This document shows, piece by piece, positions 1 through 13,213 of a stretch of DNA of 64,000 bases; position 1 is the stretch's first letter, and each line of letters begins with the position of its first letter. The notes under the pieces were generated by a model. That model had not been told where the DNA came from, made no database searches, and worked only from the letters and a program-made list of their open reading frames with translations. The stretch comes from Xylographa opegraphella (Eukaryota). The stretch covers positions 682,001 to 746,000 of the forward strand of contig JALDZX010000002.1 in NCBI GenBank assembly GCA_022813865.1. Reading direction: 5' to 3'. The translations under genes were made by a program, and so were the position numbers.

Positions 1-291
1 ACTCTCTTGCGGGTCTCGAGATATACCCCCACACGAAGCCTCAGTTGTATCGACGAATGTTCGTCCCTTCTCCGGAAAGGAAGGGATCAACAGTTGCTAG
101 TACCTGTGAGGATCTTTCTCCAATTCGGACTATAAGATACTTCAGCAGTCGCTTCACCGCCAAACGTTGATTAAGTGCTCACCATGTCCGCTAACTTAGG
201 CGAGAGGCGAGCGGTGTTACAATAGGATTCCCTCATTGAAATCCCATCAAGCTCTCGGCCGCACATCATTCTCGCGGATTGTCGCAGCATT

Positions 292-890
292 TTAGGAAAA
301 CTGAACGAGAATCTGTGCAAATGTCCGGCCCTTTGGGTGAAGAATAAGGTCCGACCGGATAACAGAATCTATCCACCGTCGGGGAGGAGGCCTCCTGTAC
401 TTTTTCGGTGCGTTTACCGGTCCATGAGGATTACACTCGTCCATGAGGAGTGCATATAGCAATATTGGGGAGGCCAGCCCGCCTGATTCAAGGGTCAATC
501 CTGTACGAGCAGCACTTTGAGCTAGCTTGTGGACGCCCACGAGGTCCTCGAAATCGAGCGTGAATATGCCGGTACAGCCTTCGAGATGGCAGTGAGATGT
601 CACCGATTCCACGGATTCTGCCGCGTCGATGATGTCTCCTGAAGAAACATTGCTCCAGTCGCCGGATTGGCGTGCCTTGATCATTATGGCCAAGTACCAA
701 GTACCGATGGTCGAGGATCTGAGGAAGAGATTCTGCAGGACGGGGTTTCTAATTGCAAGACACACAGCCGAAAATTGCTGGCAGGTAATTGCCAGAGCTC
801 GTAGATCTCCAAGTCCGCCCAGGTTTGCAAGGATCATATTCTGAAGCTCCGGGGATAGCTTAAGTAGTGGTGATACTGCTACCGTTGCTT
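292..890 (-). CDS. F-box domain protein, possibly degenerate (5' exon and 3' end unresolved)
   Basis: Reading upstream of ORF 292..837 in frame gives PLLKLSPELQNMILANLGGLGDLRALAITCQQFSAVC, an F-box-like L-x-L-x-P-E-L...I...L...DL..L...C pattern. An acceptor (CTGAC...TCTAG) precedes 890. The phase of the candidate upstream exon (919..1131) does not match cleanly. Confidence 0.55.
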
Positions 891-1995
891 CTAGATAAAC
901 AGTCAGTCATTGAAAATTTCACTTCGCGAATACTTCTTCTCTAACCATCGTCGATTCGGTCTGTTTGGATGGTTCGAAGACAAAGTATTTGGTGGAGGGC
1001 GAGTCTGCAGAAGCTTCGATCTGTTTTGCCTCTGTGTACCGCTCTGGATCAACACACACATTCGCAGGCGGGTTTCCAGAGACGTTCGTCACGGCTGTGT
1101 TCGACATATCGATGGTATTGCACACTTGCAATTGTTGACAGGCGGATCAGAGCCCGGTGTATCATACACAACCAGGCGGCGCGCGCGACGGTGTCTATTC
1201 GAGGCGGCAGAAACTTTCAATGACCGTACGACGATTGAGACACTGCCTAATCGAAAGACTCTATGAATATATCAGATGCTACTGCAGTTTTGCTATATTG
1301 TCGTGTAGGGATTGTCTGGAGCGGTCGTGGAGCTTGTGGAGGAAAATGGAGGAAAAGCGTGACAAGCATCGGTCGAGGTGGCGGTGTTGATGGGAGCCTG
1401 GTGTTGTCAAATCCCCGGAGCGTGGTTGAACGTGTTGACGAAGGTTGTCATCAGAATGGTACGTATACAAAACGGTGACGGGGTCGATCATTGTGGTGAC
1501 CACACATCGCAGCGCTTTATCATATTTAGAGCGAAAGGCGTCCTGAACTTTGAACGTGCTTGAGACGCTATCTATGTTTCATGCTGGATGGTCTTATGTA
1601 CCTTTGCCTATCATCTTAGGCACATGGATGGCTGGGATAATAATCATATTTCAAAACAAGACAACAGCCGTTATTTATGCTCATCATGAGATTTCTGGAG
1701 CAACGACCTCTGGTTTGCCCAAATCTGTGGATTGTTTGCACAAGCTCGTTCCCCACTAGCAATTGCCATGATTCCATGCAGCTAAACTGCAGCGCCAGTC
1801 TGACACAGGATCAGCAAACGGCCCCAGCGATTTCATGCGCCGATAGAAACCTTCCAAATGATGTCAATTCGTCCTCAAATCTCAGTCCAAACCAAGGCAG
1901 TATGCAGGAATGAAATACAGGCCTCCTATTTTCCTATCACCAGCAGCCGCAGGGCAGACAACCGCAGCACTCAAGCCTTTTGAAAAGGCGATTCT

Positions 1996-2595
1996 TCAGG
2001 ACCTCTCCGACAGCGATTCAACCCGTAGTAGGACCCGAGGACGGTGAGGAATAGCGTTTTCTTCTTCGCCGCCAGGGTTGTTGCTAAGGGTCAACACGAG
2101 TCGAGGACACGACGATGCCCAGACCCAGCAGCTGGCTCTTTCACGAGATTTAAAAACTGATATACCATGAAGTCTTTGATGATGCGGAATTTCTTTGCGG
2201 GGGCTGTAGTGTTTTCGAAGTCCGCCTTATGGGAAGGACCAGTCTGTAGATATCGATGCACGGCTACAGCTTCCCAGAACTGTACTGTCAGCCGTGGTGT
2301 GGTTTTGCTGGCTGTGAATATCTGGTCCTTGACAATGAGAATTAACTTATGTACTTTACTGCTAGGGATTCAGCACCAGTCTCCGTACTGACGTGCTCGG
2401 ATGGCTGCGAAGACTGGATAGGCTGTGCTTCCGTGTGTGTGTGTCGAGGACCGCTTGTAAGGCAGAATATGGGGCCGTATGACAAACGTCCTTCAGCGTA
2501 TAACAGGTATCGGACAAGGCATGAAGGTCTCTCATGCTCTCGAGCCTGCCAATAATGTTCCAGTGCAGTTCTCGTGGTAGCATTAGGATAGACAT
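1996..2595 (-). pseudogene. F-box paralog of the 292-890 gene, disrupted by a frameshift and a stop
   Basis: Starts MSILMLPRELHWNIIGRLESMRDLHALSDTC (F-box). After the (AC)6 tract at 2433-2444 the homologous sequence continues in another frame (AIRARQYGDW versus IKARQSGDW in the neighbour), with a TGA at 2370-2372. Confidence 0.65.
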
Positions 2596-3292
2596 GGCGA
2601 TATTGCCTATACGGTTGGATCCGCTAGCCTAGAATATGACTGCTGAGCACTTACGACGAACTTTCCCCGTGAGTTTGCAACTTCTTGGAGCTGAGGCTGT
2701 GGTACACGTTGGTGGATGTAGAAAACTGGAAGTCGCATGTCAAACCAGGCAAATACCTAAGACTCGTCTCACAAGCGCCAAGACGCGCTAGGCCGAGGCT
2801 TAAGGTATTTTGTATATTCCAAGGTACCTTACCTTACTCAACCGTCTGCTTCGTGTACTAGCGTATGGCAGGAAACTGCATACATATCTAGATGACAGAG
2901 GAGATGACACGGCTGTGAATCCTACGTAGGCTCACAACGTGATAAGATAGTAAGCTAGGATTGATTGGGGAACGACAAGTTCCAGCGATACATCGAGATC
3001 CTAACGCATACTCTAAATCAGCAAGCTGTTTAGCTGCGGCACACCTTCTCCACAAGAAGTCGGCAAGAGAGAAAGTGAGTTCGACGAATCGCAAGGAAGC
3101 GCCACAGAGAATCATCGAAGCCGCGGACACGTTGAGTATACAGTAACAATTCCAGTCCTATCATGATCGGGTAAGCTATTAAATCTGGGCCTTGACCATG
3201 AACATCACCGGGCTCCGTGTCTAATATGATACCATGCCCGCAATGCACCCTAGCTCATATCCCAATGCGCTCTAATCTCTCCAGTAGAGCAT

Positions 3293-5306
3293 TTACCTCC
3301 CAAACTTCCGCAATTCTAGCCATCTCAGTGGCGGATATACGAGCGCAGCCCAGGAAAACCCGACGTAGTTACCCATCTGGACGCGCATCAGTGAATCTTC
3401 TTCTTGTACACGAAGTCACTAGAAAGAGACAGGAAACTCACGTCCGCCCCATAGTCTCCTACCGAGCGCGCGATTGGCCCCACGTACCACACCTGGTCCA
3501 TGCACAGCACCGCCCCGGCCCAACCGATTAGAAACGCTGCCAGCGCCGCCAAGCCGATTGGTAACTTCTCCCTACGGTCCCAATCCGCCCACTCCCAGCC
3601 CCTACCTCCCAGCCATCCCCTGAACAGCACCTCTTCCTCCAGCGTAAGAGCAATCCAAACCGCAACCCAATATCCCATCAGTGCGAGGAAATTGGTGAAA
3701 ATCTCCGCGAGACTGTCCCGGCCTGCTAGTGCACATACCATGTAGATGATTACACCGACCGTGTTCCAGCCCCAGCGGGGAACACGGGTGGCCTGGCGGG
3801 CCAATAACTGGAAGTCAACACCGGAGCTATACGTTGGAGGGATAAGGTTGGCGATAAGGCCGAGGGCAATAACGACCGCGCAGAAGCGGCCGAAGGCGCC
3901 GAGGGGGTCGAAAGCCGTCACGAGGAGTGCGCCTTGTGATGTGGAATACGCGGTGGCGTAGGCGGGGACGGAAGGGATACCAGTGGCAAGGCCGATGCCG
4001 GAAATCAGAGCAAGGGCGAAAGATGTCGAGAGGCCCAAAAGTGACATAGTGAAGAGCCGGAGGCGGGGCGTGCTGGGGGGATAGTAGACGAAGTAGTCAG
4101 CGGCCACGCCAGCGTAGGTAATCGCGGCGGAGAGGCAAAGTGAGAGGAAGGAGAGTCTGAAAATATGGGGTCAGCATATCATGAGTGTCAGCGGGGAGGA
4201 TAGTATGTGAGAGAGAGAGCTGAATTTTGCCGTGATAAAATGAGATGGCGGAATCGAAAGGCAAATCAAAGGACGCAACCAAACCTAAAGGTTATCGGTA
4301 CATACCTGTTGCCCGCTACTGTAGCTGAGTTGCCCAAGGATGGCGTAGTGAGGTCGAAGTTCTTGGCAGAGATGCCATAAAGAATGCAAATTACGATAAG
4401 CTGGGGGAGAAAGGCGTAGCTGGAAAAGATCAGTAATACTCAAGGCTTTCCACAGGCCTATGGGGAGATCGACCGTTCATAATAATGGAAAACTCGGATG
4501 CCAAACGTTGTTACCATCCATGTTATCACTGCAACAATAACGATGCCTACCAGAAAGCGTCATTATTAAAGTCCTTTACAGTTATAGCCATGATACTTAC
4601 CAACAATTACAGACATACTCCCATTCGGAGACACGGCTGACAGAATTTGGCCAGCAACGACGCAGTCGATCAGGGCATAACCCAAGAGCACGATCAGATT
4701 CAGTAGAACAACCAACTTACCAGGCCACCAGCCCATCGTATACCTAGCAAAAATCTATTTAATATCAGCAATCGTTCACGCGCGTTATTCTCATCATGTT
4801 GCATCAACTCCTTTATCATCTCTAACATCTCCATATCCCTTTCTACATCGCACAAAGTGGCTGGTCATATACGACCAATTCTCTTTCACCAAATGGTCTG
4901 GCTTTGCAGAGTACACAGCGAAACTCACCATAGTCCTACACCCACTCCTCGGACCCCAAGTCGCTACATAGGCCACCGCTGCGCTGCCAATCACACTCCC
5001 ACCCACCGCACAACACGCCGCATCTGTGAAACCCAGGCCGAAGACGGTGGGAGCCAGCATGCCAAGGGTGATATTGACAGCGGCGAGGTTTATACTGATC
5101 CATAAGACGAAGGCTTGCAGGTAGGACCGCCAGGACAAGGTTACCGTGGACTCGGACGGGAGCACGCGCTGTATACCTCGGGTCTCTAGACGAGTCAGGA
5201 GCACAAGGTTCTCGAGGAAGGAAGTGGTGGATGGATCGGAAGGTGGCGGGTCAGTAGCAGTGGGATGCCTCGAGAGGGAAATGGCTTTTTCGGTGTCGGG
5301 TTCCAT
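3293..5306 (-). CDS. NCS1-family purine-cytosine/vitamin B6 permease (FCY2/TPN1-like), multi-exon
   Basis: Many TM helices; LETRGIQRV, TWGPRSGCRT, AADYFVYYP and FTNFLALMGYW motifs; GT-AG introns; last exon MGNYVGFSWAALVYPPLRWLELRKFGR* ends at 3293. Confidence 0.9.
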
Positions 5307-6205
5307 GGTTGAGTGTGTAAGTGAATTGCAGAATTAAGACTCGGTTTTTTGCTTTTGTTCTAACGTAGGGAGAGAGTCTCGAGGATTCATTCGAAAAAGA
5401 AATCAATTGATAGAGAATCGCTCAAAACGATCAACTCGAAACTTTATATAGCAGATCGCGTCGACCATTAAGGTCTAGATAGTATGTAATGCATGTCTGG
5501 AAATAATCTGAGGCAGCAATCAGAAGAGACAGCCGTTTAGGTAGCTAATATATATAAAGCGAAGCTGAAATATAGGATAAAAGAGATATACACGGTGGTG
5601 AGTATCGATAGTGATTACAAAGCGCGTCCAGTGACTCGACTTCGGCTGGAAAAATTCAACGTCGATTTCAGCGTCATCGGAGGTCTCGGCTGTCGTACCG
5701 CTAGACTAGTGTGCCCTCGTTGCACAACAAACGTGTATATCAACGGTGTGTAAGGCAGGGTCGCCTCTACATGGAGAGGATTCCCGACCTGGAAAAGCTA
5801 TAGTGAAGTGTAGATCTCTCCCGTGTTACCTCTAATTACGGGACTTTTTCTATCTTGAGATGGGGCTTAAGGAGGTCTATACTTGATTATCTATCGATCT
5901 ATACCGAAATCTCATCATATATTCGGTTTTACAGCAGAAGTGATTTTTAATATCAAAGGATTATTTCTCCTCAAGGGCTGTGCTCTTCGCAGACAAGTTG
6001 TAGATATTCAGACCGCGCTTCGGGTCTTGAGATTTGAATTACAGTTAAATGATCTTGGATGTATCTAGATTTAGACTTTTGATCCTTTTATATTGTAGCA
6101 TTTATATTTGTAGACCGTACAAATGGCTAGGTCAATGAGCGATATTTACGGAGTCCACTTTGCCGTCTTGGCACTCTAGATTCCGATCCTAGGACAAGTC
6201 CCGAT

Positions 6206-8792
6206 TCAGTCTTCCAGAAGCTTTGTGGCGGCTTTGACATTGGCTTCTATAATCGTGCTCCAGCGCTACAAAGCATGATCAGCGAATTTCGAGTGTAGAT
6301 ATAACCATGCTGGTTATAACACATATACATACCTCAATCGCAGTCCTATTGCCAGCATCTATACTCTCCGTCAACCCTGGGAAGACGTCGCCAGCATATC
6401 CAGTCCAAAGTCTAGTTCAATTTGTCAGCTGCTCAGCTACACACCTAACCGTAATCAGTGGCACGACATACCCTGGAGCAAAGACCACGTGCTTGAACCA
6501 ACTCCGACTATCCAAGCCGCCTGCATAGAGAAACTGCCGTTCAAAGTATTTGTATTTGTCATTCACCTTCTTCACCTTCACAAATAGCTTCGCCTTCGAC
6601 CACCACTTCCACCACGGCACACCCTGTTGAATCTTGCCTGCCAACGAGGTAGCATAATTGTCGAATGAAATGGTCTTGTTGAGGAGAAGATTGATTGAAT
6701 ACTCCAGCTTTTCGAAGCTAACATCTCTTATCTCCGCAGACGGCGAAGATGCTGCTTTTTCCACGACTTTTTGCAGATAGATTCCCAAACCTGTAGCGTA
6801 GTCCGTCACGTTGAATTGGATAATTGGCGTCTCCACGAGCTTTGCTGCTAGTAGTGCCCACACTTTGGTAATTGCGATATGATAATGCCAGCCTTTGTCC
6901 CCGAATTTATCCATCCAGTCAAAGCTGTCATAGTTCGAATGGTAGTGGTACACCGCACTGGTTTTGTCGCCCCCAAAGCCAAGGTCTATAGAGGGAACGC
7001 CTGCAAAATCCTGGAAGGCCGTAAAGTCAGAGCCGGAGCCCATGGTGCCAATAAGTCCACTCCAAAGGTCTCGAATGGTCTGTCCTTTGACGGTTTGGTT
7101 GGGAGATAGAACGAGGGAAGTTGCTTCGTAGACGGCTTTGTTCAGAAGCGGGGAGGCCGCTGACCGGAACGCTGGCCCACCAGTGCCAACATCAACATTG
7201 AGATACGCTAAAGCCGATCCCGAGAGCCATGGCAGGTATTCTTCGACCCACTCCGTGGAGCCAATAAGACCGTATTCCTCGCCATCCCAACTAGCAAATA
7301 CGATTGTACGAAGTGGCTTCCAACCTTGTTTAAGAGCAACGCCGAACGACCTGATCAGCTCATTCATTGCAACCGAGCCACTGTTGGGATCCACGGCTCC
7401 CCCTGCAATCCAAGCATCTCTGTGATTTCCAAGAACAATGACCTCGTCTGGAATAGTGCCGTTGATGACACCAATGACATTCCAGAGCGGTGTTGTCACA
7501 TACTCTTGCTCATTGACTAAGTTTAAGACAACATTCGATGGAGAAGGACCGATATTGTATTTTACACCCTTATAGCCAAGACCGCCTCCCTGCCAGTATT
7601 TGTTAAACTCTGATGCTTTTGGTCCATGTCCGTTAAGCGCTTTGAGTATGGGTAGAGCATCCATGTATGAGATAGGTAGAGAAGGGATGGAAGGAATTGA
7701 ATTATGCGGATCCTGTCGTGGTACGCCAGGCTTGGACGGGTAGCCCGGGGTCGTAGGATCTCCTGGAGCTATACCTGAGACTATTAATACTTTGATATAG
7801 CTTGTCTACTACCACTTACTCAGAAATTGCGCGCTCCCCCTCTGTACACTACTGGGATTCCTTGCAGGACCGTCAGGATAGGTTTTGTACCCGTTTTGCT
7901 CAGTGATCTCTCCATCTTCCTGTGGATCTGTATAGATGACGGTGCCAATCATTCCAAGTTCTTGTGCACGCTTGATTTTCAGCCCTCGGAATATGCCACC
8001 GTATTTCGCAATGGCAATTTTGCCTTCCAAGCTGACGTTGGCCTTGACAAGATCCTCAAAGTCTTTGTAGGTACCGAAGTTGACATACACGAATTGAGCA
8101 GTGACATTTCCGCTAGCGGAATACCCATGAAATGTTGGGATACGGTCTGCCAGTCCGCTTGTCCGGTCCTCCTTAAGGACGTCCTCCTCCAAGCTGCACT
8201 CATACTTGACTTTGTAATTCACATCCTTGCCCTTGTTGTCTGAAGTATGTACAGCGGCCACCCCACTACCTTTCGAAGATGTCTCCAATAGGGCCAGCCG
8301 GTGCCCTAGTGGATAATTGATGTAGACATCATACGCCACTACTTCCGTACTCTCGACCCCAAACTCTTGCCAACGCTCTTTCGTCCATACCGCCTGACTC
8401 AAATTCTTGCCTGCCAAATGCGGTCCAGCTGTATAGTACTCACTCCACTCCCTTGCCTTAGATTCTTTCGGTGTTTGCAGCAAGATCTCCTGCAGTTCTT
8501 TATAAGGAATTCCATTGCTCTGCGGCCAATCTTTATGCGGGTGCGAGGATATCCCAGGACCAGATCCAGGGAACCATGGACTTTCGTTATGGCCATGATG
8601 GTGTCCTACAGGTAGCCATGCTGCGGGCAGGAGAAAGAGAATAAGCAGAATAGTAAGGGTAGTACCAAGGGCAATGGTGCAGAAGCGGCGGAAGGTGCTG
8701 TGAGTGTATCGTTGACGAGGAGGGCCAACGTGCACAATTTGAATCAGCGCCGTTCGCTCGTCCGCCATAGCAGCTTTCTCATTGCTAGACAT
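6206..8792 (-). CDS. M28B glutamate carboxypeptidase II-like type II membrane peptidase (PA, M28 and TfR-dimer domains; Vps70/Tre-like)
   Basis: N-terminal TM helix; PA-domain GKIAIAKYGGIFRGLK; zinc/catalytic motifs GNHRDAW, DPNSG, WDGEEYG and YHYHSNYD; FKHVVFAPG; 3 introns; stop at 6206-6208. Confidence 0.92.
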
Positions 8793-9176
8793 TGAAGATG
8801 GTAAGCTTCTGCAGTTCGACGCAACTGCTTTAACAGCCATAAACGCAGAGGGCTCACATCTGTTATAACTCCCAATTACCCGATTTTAAGCTAGTCCTAC
8901 TGACGGGAAAGCTCATCATTCGTTGATAGCACAGAAATCAGATAGTTCTAGGATAATCTACCTTCCCTATCGGTCTATCGGTACCTGTTGGCCCCGCAAT
9001 AGTTGCGCTCAAGGGGAGGTACTACGTCACGGGCTGTGCAAACAGTGCAAATTACTCTGTGCGCCAAGGCCTCGAGTAGAAGCAGTGCTTATTGGGCCGT
9101 AAGAATAGTGCAGCTCACCAAGTGATTTCTTTTCCGTAGAAGCGTTTCATTGGGAAAGGCAATGTATTTAGTTCAT

Positions 9177-11400
9177 TCACTTGGTGACACGCATCAGCGG
9201 CCGGTATCGCGGCTCCCACATTTGCTCTCTCACCCATTCATCCAGGTCATCATCACTCTTGGGAATCCCTTCCTCTGTGGCAAGACCCTCTTCCACAGCC
9301 TGCTTGATCACCGCCTTGGCAATCTTGACACTAATCTCACGTACATCCACGACATCTGGAAGCAGGCCTTTATCTGGATCCTTCAGCGCCGGAGACATGG
9401 CAGCCAGTGCCTTTACCGCAGCCACCAGCATTTTGTCGGATAGCAACCGGGAGCGTGAAAGTATTGTGCCTAGTGCTAAGCCGGGAAAGCAGGTACTATT
9501 GTTACACTCCGCTAGGATATATCAGCTAGATGGATCGTAACAGCATGATATACTTTCACTCGGATAACATACCAATCTCATACTTCTTTCCGTCATATTC
9601 TACTGGCGGGAACGGGCTACCTGTGGCGATGAGAGCTTTACCTTTTGTCCACTCGTTGATGTCTTTGGGGTCAGCTTCGTGAAGTCGAGTTGGATTACTG
9701 AGCGGAAATATGATAGGGCGATCGACGTGCTTCGCCATTTCCTTGATTATCTCTTCGGTGAATGCCTTTGGTTTGGTAGAAGTCCCAATCAGAATGTGAG
9801 GCTTAACCTGCTTCACCACTGATAGGAGATCGTCGTGGCTGATGTCCACCCACTCCCTATCGTCTCGTGCGTAATCTATTTGAGCATGGGTGAGACGATC
9901 ACCTTGGGATTTAAGCAATAGGCCCTGCTTGTCGACACACCTATAATTCACTGGTGAATATGGTTTTCTCAAATCCTCAACGTACCGTAACCTTACCATA
10001 TTTGCTTGGCAGCGGTTTCCTTTGACTTCTCACTGTCTGCGGCGATGGAATCGCGGACCTGGTCTGCTATCCCTGTTCCAGCTGTGCCAGAACCGAATAT
10101 AACCATTCTCATATCTGTCATTTTGACCTTGCTAACCTCCAATCCTGCGAGTACTCCTGCAAGTGTTACACAACCGGTGCCTTGCACGTCGTCATTGAAA
10201 CATGCCATATGTGGTCTATACAAGTCCAGAAGCCGTCGAGCATTGGGAAGCCCAAAATCTTCGCTGAGGTTTGAATCAACTTGGAGTGCTTTTGAAAATT
10301 TCTCCAATGGCTTACAAGTGAATGAAAGCACGAGGGTATAGTTTTCGAGCGGACTGAACGAAGGTGTCCACGAATTTATTATACCGGTCGCCTCGTACGC
10401 GAGGCTGCTGAAGACCCAGGTATAATTCATCCGCAAGTAATTGGTCGTTCTGTGGATCATATAAGCTGAGGTGGACGCCTCAGGTACTCTCTACTCAAAC
10501 TGACATCAGTTCCGCAGTCCAATACCACAGCTAGGGTCCGGGATGGGTGCACTCCTGCGCATAAAGCTTTCGCATCATTAGTATGACTTTAACTTATCCG
10601 ACTTGTTGAACCTACTTGTGATCACAGCTTTGGCAATAGAAATAAGAATTCCTCCCACGCCTGTGAGAGGTTCTTTCAGTAATCACTTTCAGCCAAACCT
10701 TTGATCGTGTGATACCTTGATCTCCGATTCCTAAAATCTGCGGAAGGTTAATCTCCACAATCGGTTAACAACGCAAAGCAAGTATCCCTACTTCTTCTCC
10801 GTCGGTGACCACAATGTAGTCGATGTCTTCCGGCTTCCCAAATTGAGCAAGGTTGTCGTAGACCTGGTCCTTATCCAGAATATTGAGAAAACAGCCTTCA
10901 GGCTTTCGGAACAAACGCGAGAAGTTCTGTATGGCATCGCCCTCGGTAGGCGTATAGATAATGCTGAACATCTCTTTCAGATGGTCTTTAATCAACTGCC
11001 GATGAATCAATCGAATGTGAGTCGGCGGGGACTGGCTGCGACTACCCACTTTGTAGTAAAGCACTTCGTTCTGTTCCTTCATGCTGGTCATGAAAGTATT
11101 CTTCGCCAGTGCATCTTGCCGACTGCTGTATTGATTGTACGCTCGTTCGACTTGTTCTTCTAATGACTGCACATTAGGAGGTAAAAGACCATGAAGCCCA
11201 AATTCTTTCCGCTCCTCCTTGGTAAAAGCAGAGCCTTTATTAAAAGGAGGTGAAGTCAAAAGTGATATGCCCTATCCAGCACTTAGCATCGACCACAGAT
11301 ATGAAAGTAAATCAAATACAGTCCAGGGACATTCCAAAGGCTTCGCAAATGACAAGGGAAGTTCTCCATATTTGGACTGCTTGCTCGTGCTGGAAGACAT
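9177..11400 (-). CDS. MAE1: NAD(P)-dependent malic enzyme, multi-exon
   Basis: NKGSAFTKEER, YTPTEGDAI, VVTDGE, FNDDVQGTG, GSGTAGTG, PLSNPT and ATGSPF motifs spread over several ORF fragments joined by GT-AG introns; ATG at 11400. Confidence 0.93.
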
Positions 11401-11940
11401 TTCACGGTTTGTACTCGAATAAGTCGTAGAGATTTGTGGTCAACAATACATGAAAATCCGACTGACGAAACCCAAAGTCTTTCAGGACTATAGAAAAACC
11501 GTGGCACCGGGAAACAGCTTCTCGCAGCGAAGCCATTGGGGAAAGCACATTGTCAGGGATTGCCGGCAGTGACAACCGACTCATGCCGCCACACTCCGTA
11601 AACTCATTTATTTTGCTCAATCCTATATACCTCGAGCAGCGAGTACGGAGTATACAGGTATAAAATAATATCTGACGCCATGATGGCGCAACTCAGCAGT
11701 TACTTGTGCTTAAGTCGTAGGGATTAGTTTACGAATTAAGTATGTTGTGGCTATCTGTATACCTTCCCGAAGATACCATTGAGGATCAGAGGATTGCGGC
11801 ACGATATGACAAAATTAACCGCATGTATCCCATCTTTAGGCACTTGTAAGGTATAGAGAGAGAATGCTTTGCTCTAAAGAGGTTTCCTTGCGAAGACTAT
11901 AGACAGAAATCGCACTAATTTGGTCCCATACAGGTATCAT

Positions 11941-12538
11941 TTAAGCCAAAGTAGCCGACATACCAAGAGCAGTAGCCATAAGTGGAAAAATGCATCTGAC
12001 GGCGTTATGGAACGCCCACTTATCCAACAGCTCATTGGTTGATTCCCGTTTTGGCATCCCTACTTGTCTTATTTCCTCCTCAGCGCTCATGTTCTCGGCT
12101 TCAATAGCCCTAGCCATGAGTTTGTCGTTGATGCCTCTCATAAAGATAAATGTGTATGGTACAATTCCAATAACCAATGCCGCAGCCAGGCCATATAAAC
12201 CGGCTTGTGGACGGCCGGCCTGCTTGAAACTATATGAGAGATATCCGAAGGTAATGGAAGTAAGTGCTGCAAATGGTGGTGCTACTGCGAATCCCCTTTG
12301 GAATATTACTCTCCATTGTTTTGCTGCGATTGGACTAGGAGCGGAGTATAGCGGTGGAATGGCAGCGTACGATATCGACAAGACCGCACCTACAAGGAAA
12401 TCAGTCTCAGTACTGGTAGAGTCTCCCACTGCAAGTGATTGAGCAAAGGAAACTATGCAATTACTGACCTCCCAAGAAGGCTGAAGCAGCGAGTCCAACA
12501 GCTTGGGCTGTGCGAATTTGCGCCGATTCGGAAGACAT
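11941..12538 (-). CDS. DUF1772 / anthrone-oxygenase-like small membrane protein
   Basis: Exon 1 MSSESAQIRTAQAVGLAASAFLG, one intron, then QWRVIFQRG...IVPYTFIFMRGINDKL...LLDKWAFHNAVR, typical of DUF1772. Confidence 0.8.
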
Positions 12539-13213
12539 ACTGATCAATCGTTCAGGTACATCGACAATGTCGGTTCTCCAACCCTGACGGGATGAGGAAG
12601 CTTTTATGTAGAACAGCTTTCATTGATGCAGACTTCGCATTCGGGTTTCGGAGTTTCCGCAACCCCGACTCCGCACTCCGCACTTCTTGTTGTCTACTAC
12701 TTCGCCTCATTGCACGCTGTATAGTTGTCTCCGAAACCCCGTCCGCTAAACCTACATTTATAGAAGGCCATATCGTACATCATAACAGTAAGACATCCGG
12801 CGGAGTGTAGAGTCCGAAATGTCTGAGGAACGGGATGCTGAATTTACCGATAACCAAGTGGACACCGGGTGGGGCTCAAGACTAAGTAAGGCTGAACAGA
12901 GCTTGGCGTACCCTGTTCGCGCTCAATAGGGGAATTTAGAATTGGTTAACGACTCGGCAGAAGCCTCATCAGGACACGCAATCTCTGAGCTTCTTCGAGC
13001 GCGTATCGCGTATACACACAGGTCAGAACAACTTTGCAAGACTTGGATCAACATATCGGCCTGTGCGCTCAGCATCTGCTCACATCACCAACGGACTGTT
13101 GACGCATTACCGGTCTCGATTGAGAGGAGGGTAGCATCACCAAGCTTCAAGCCGAGTCGACGTTTCTGTCACTTCATCTTGCCCAACCTAGGTGGAGAAA
13201 TCGCGCCGGCATC

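Noticed and set aside
4760..4800. Box C/D snoRNA (ATGATGA...CTGA, minus strand) in a permease intron
   Set aside because: Only about 22 nt between the boxes, and the CTGA is the intron branch site.
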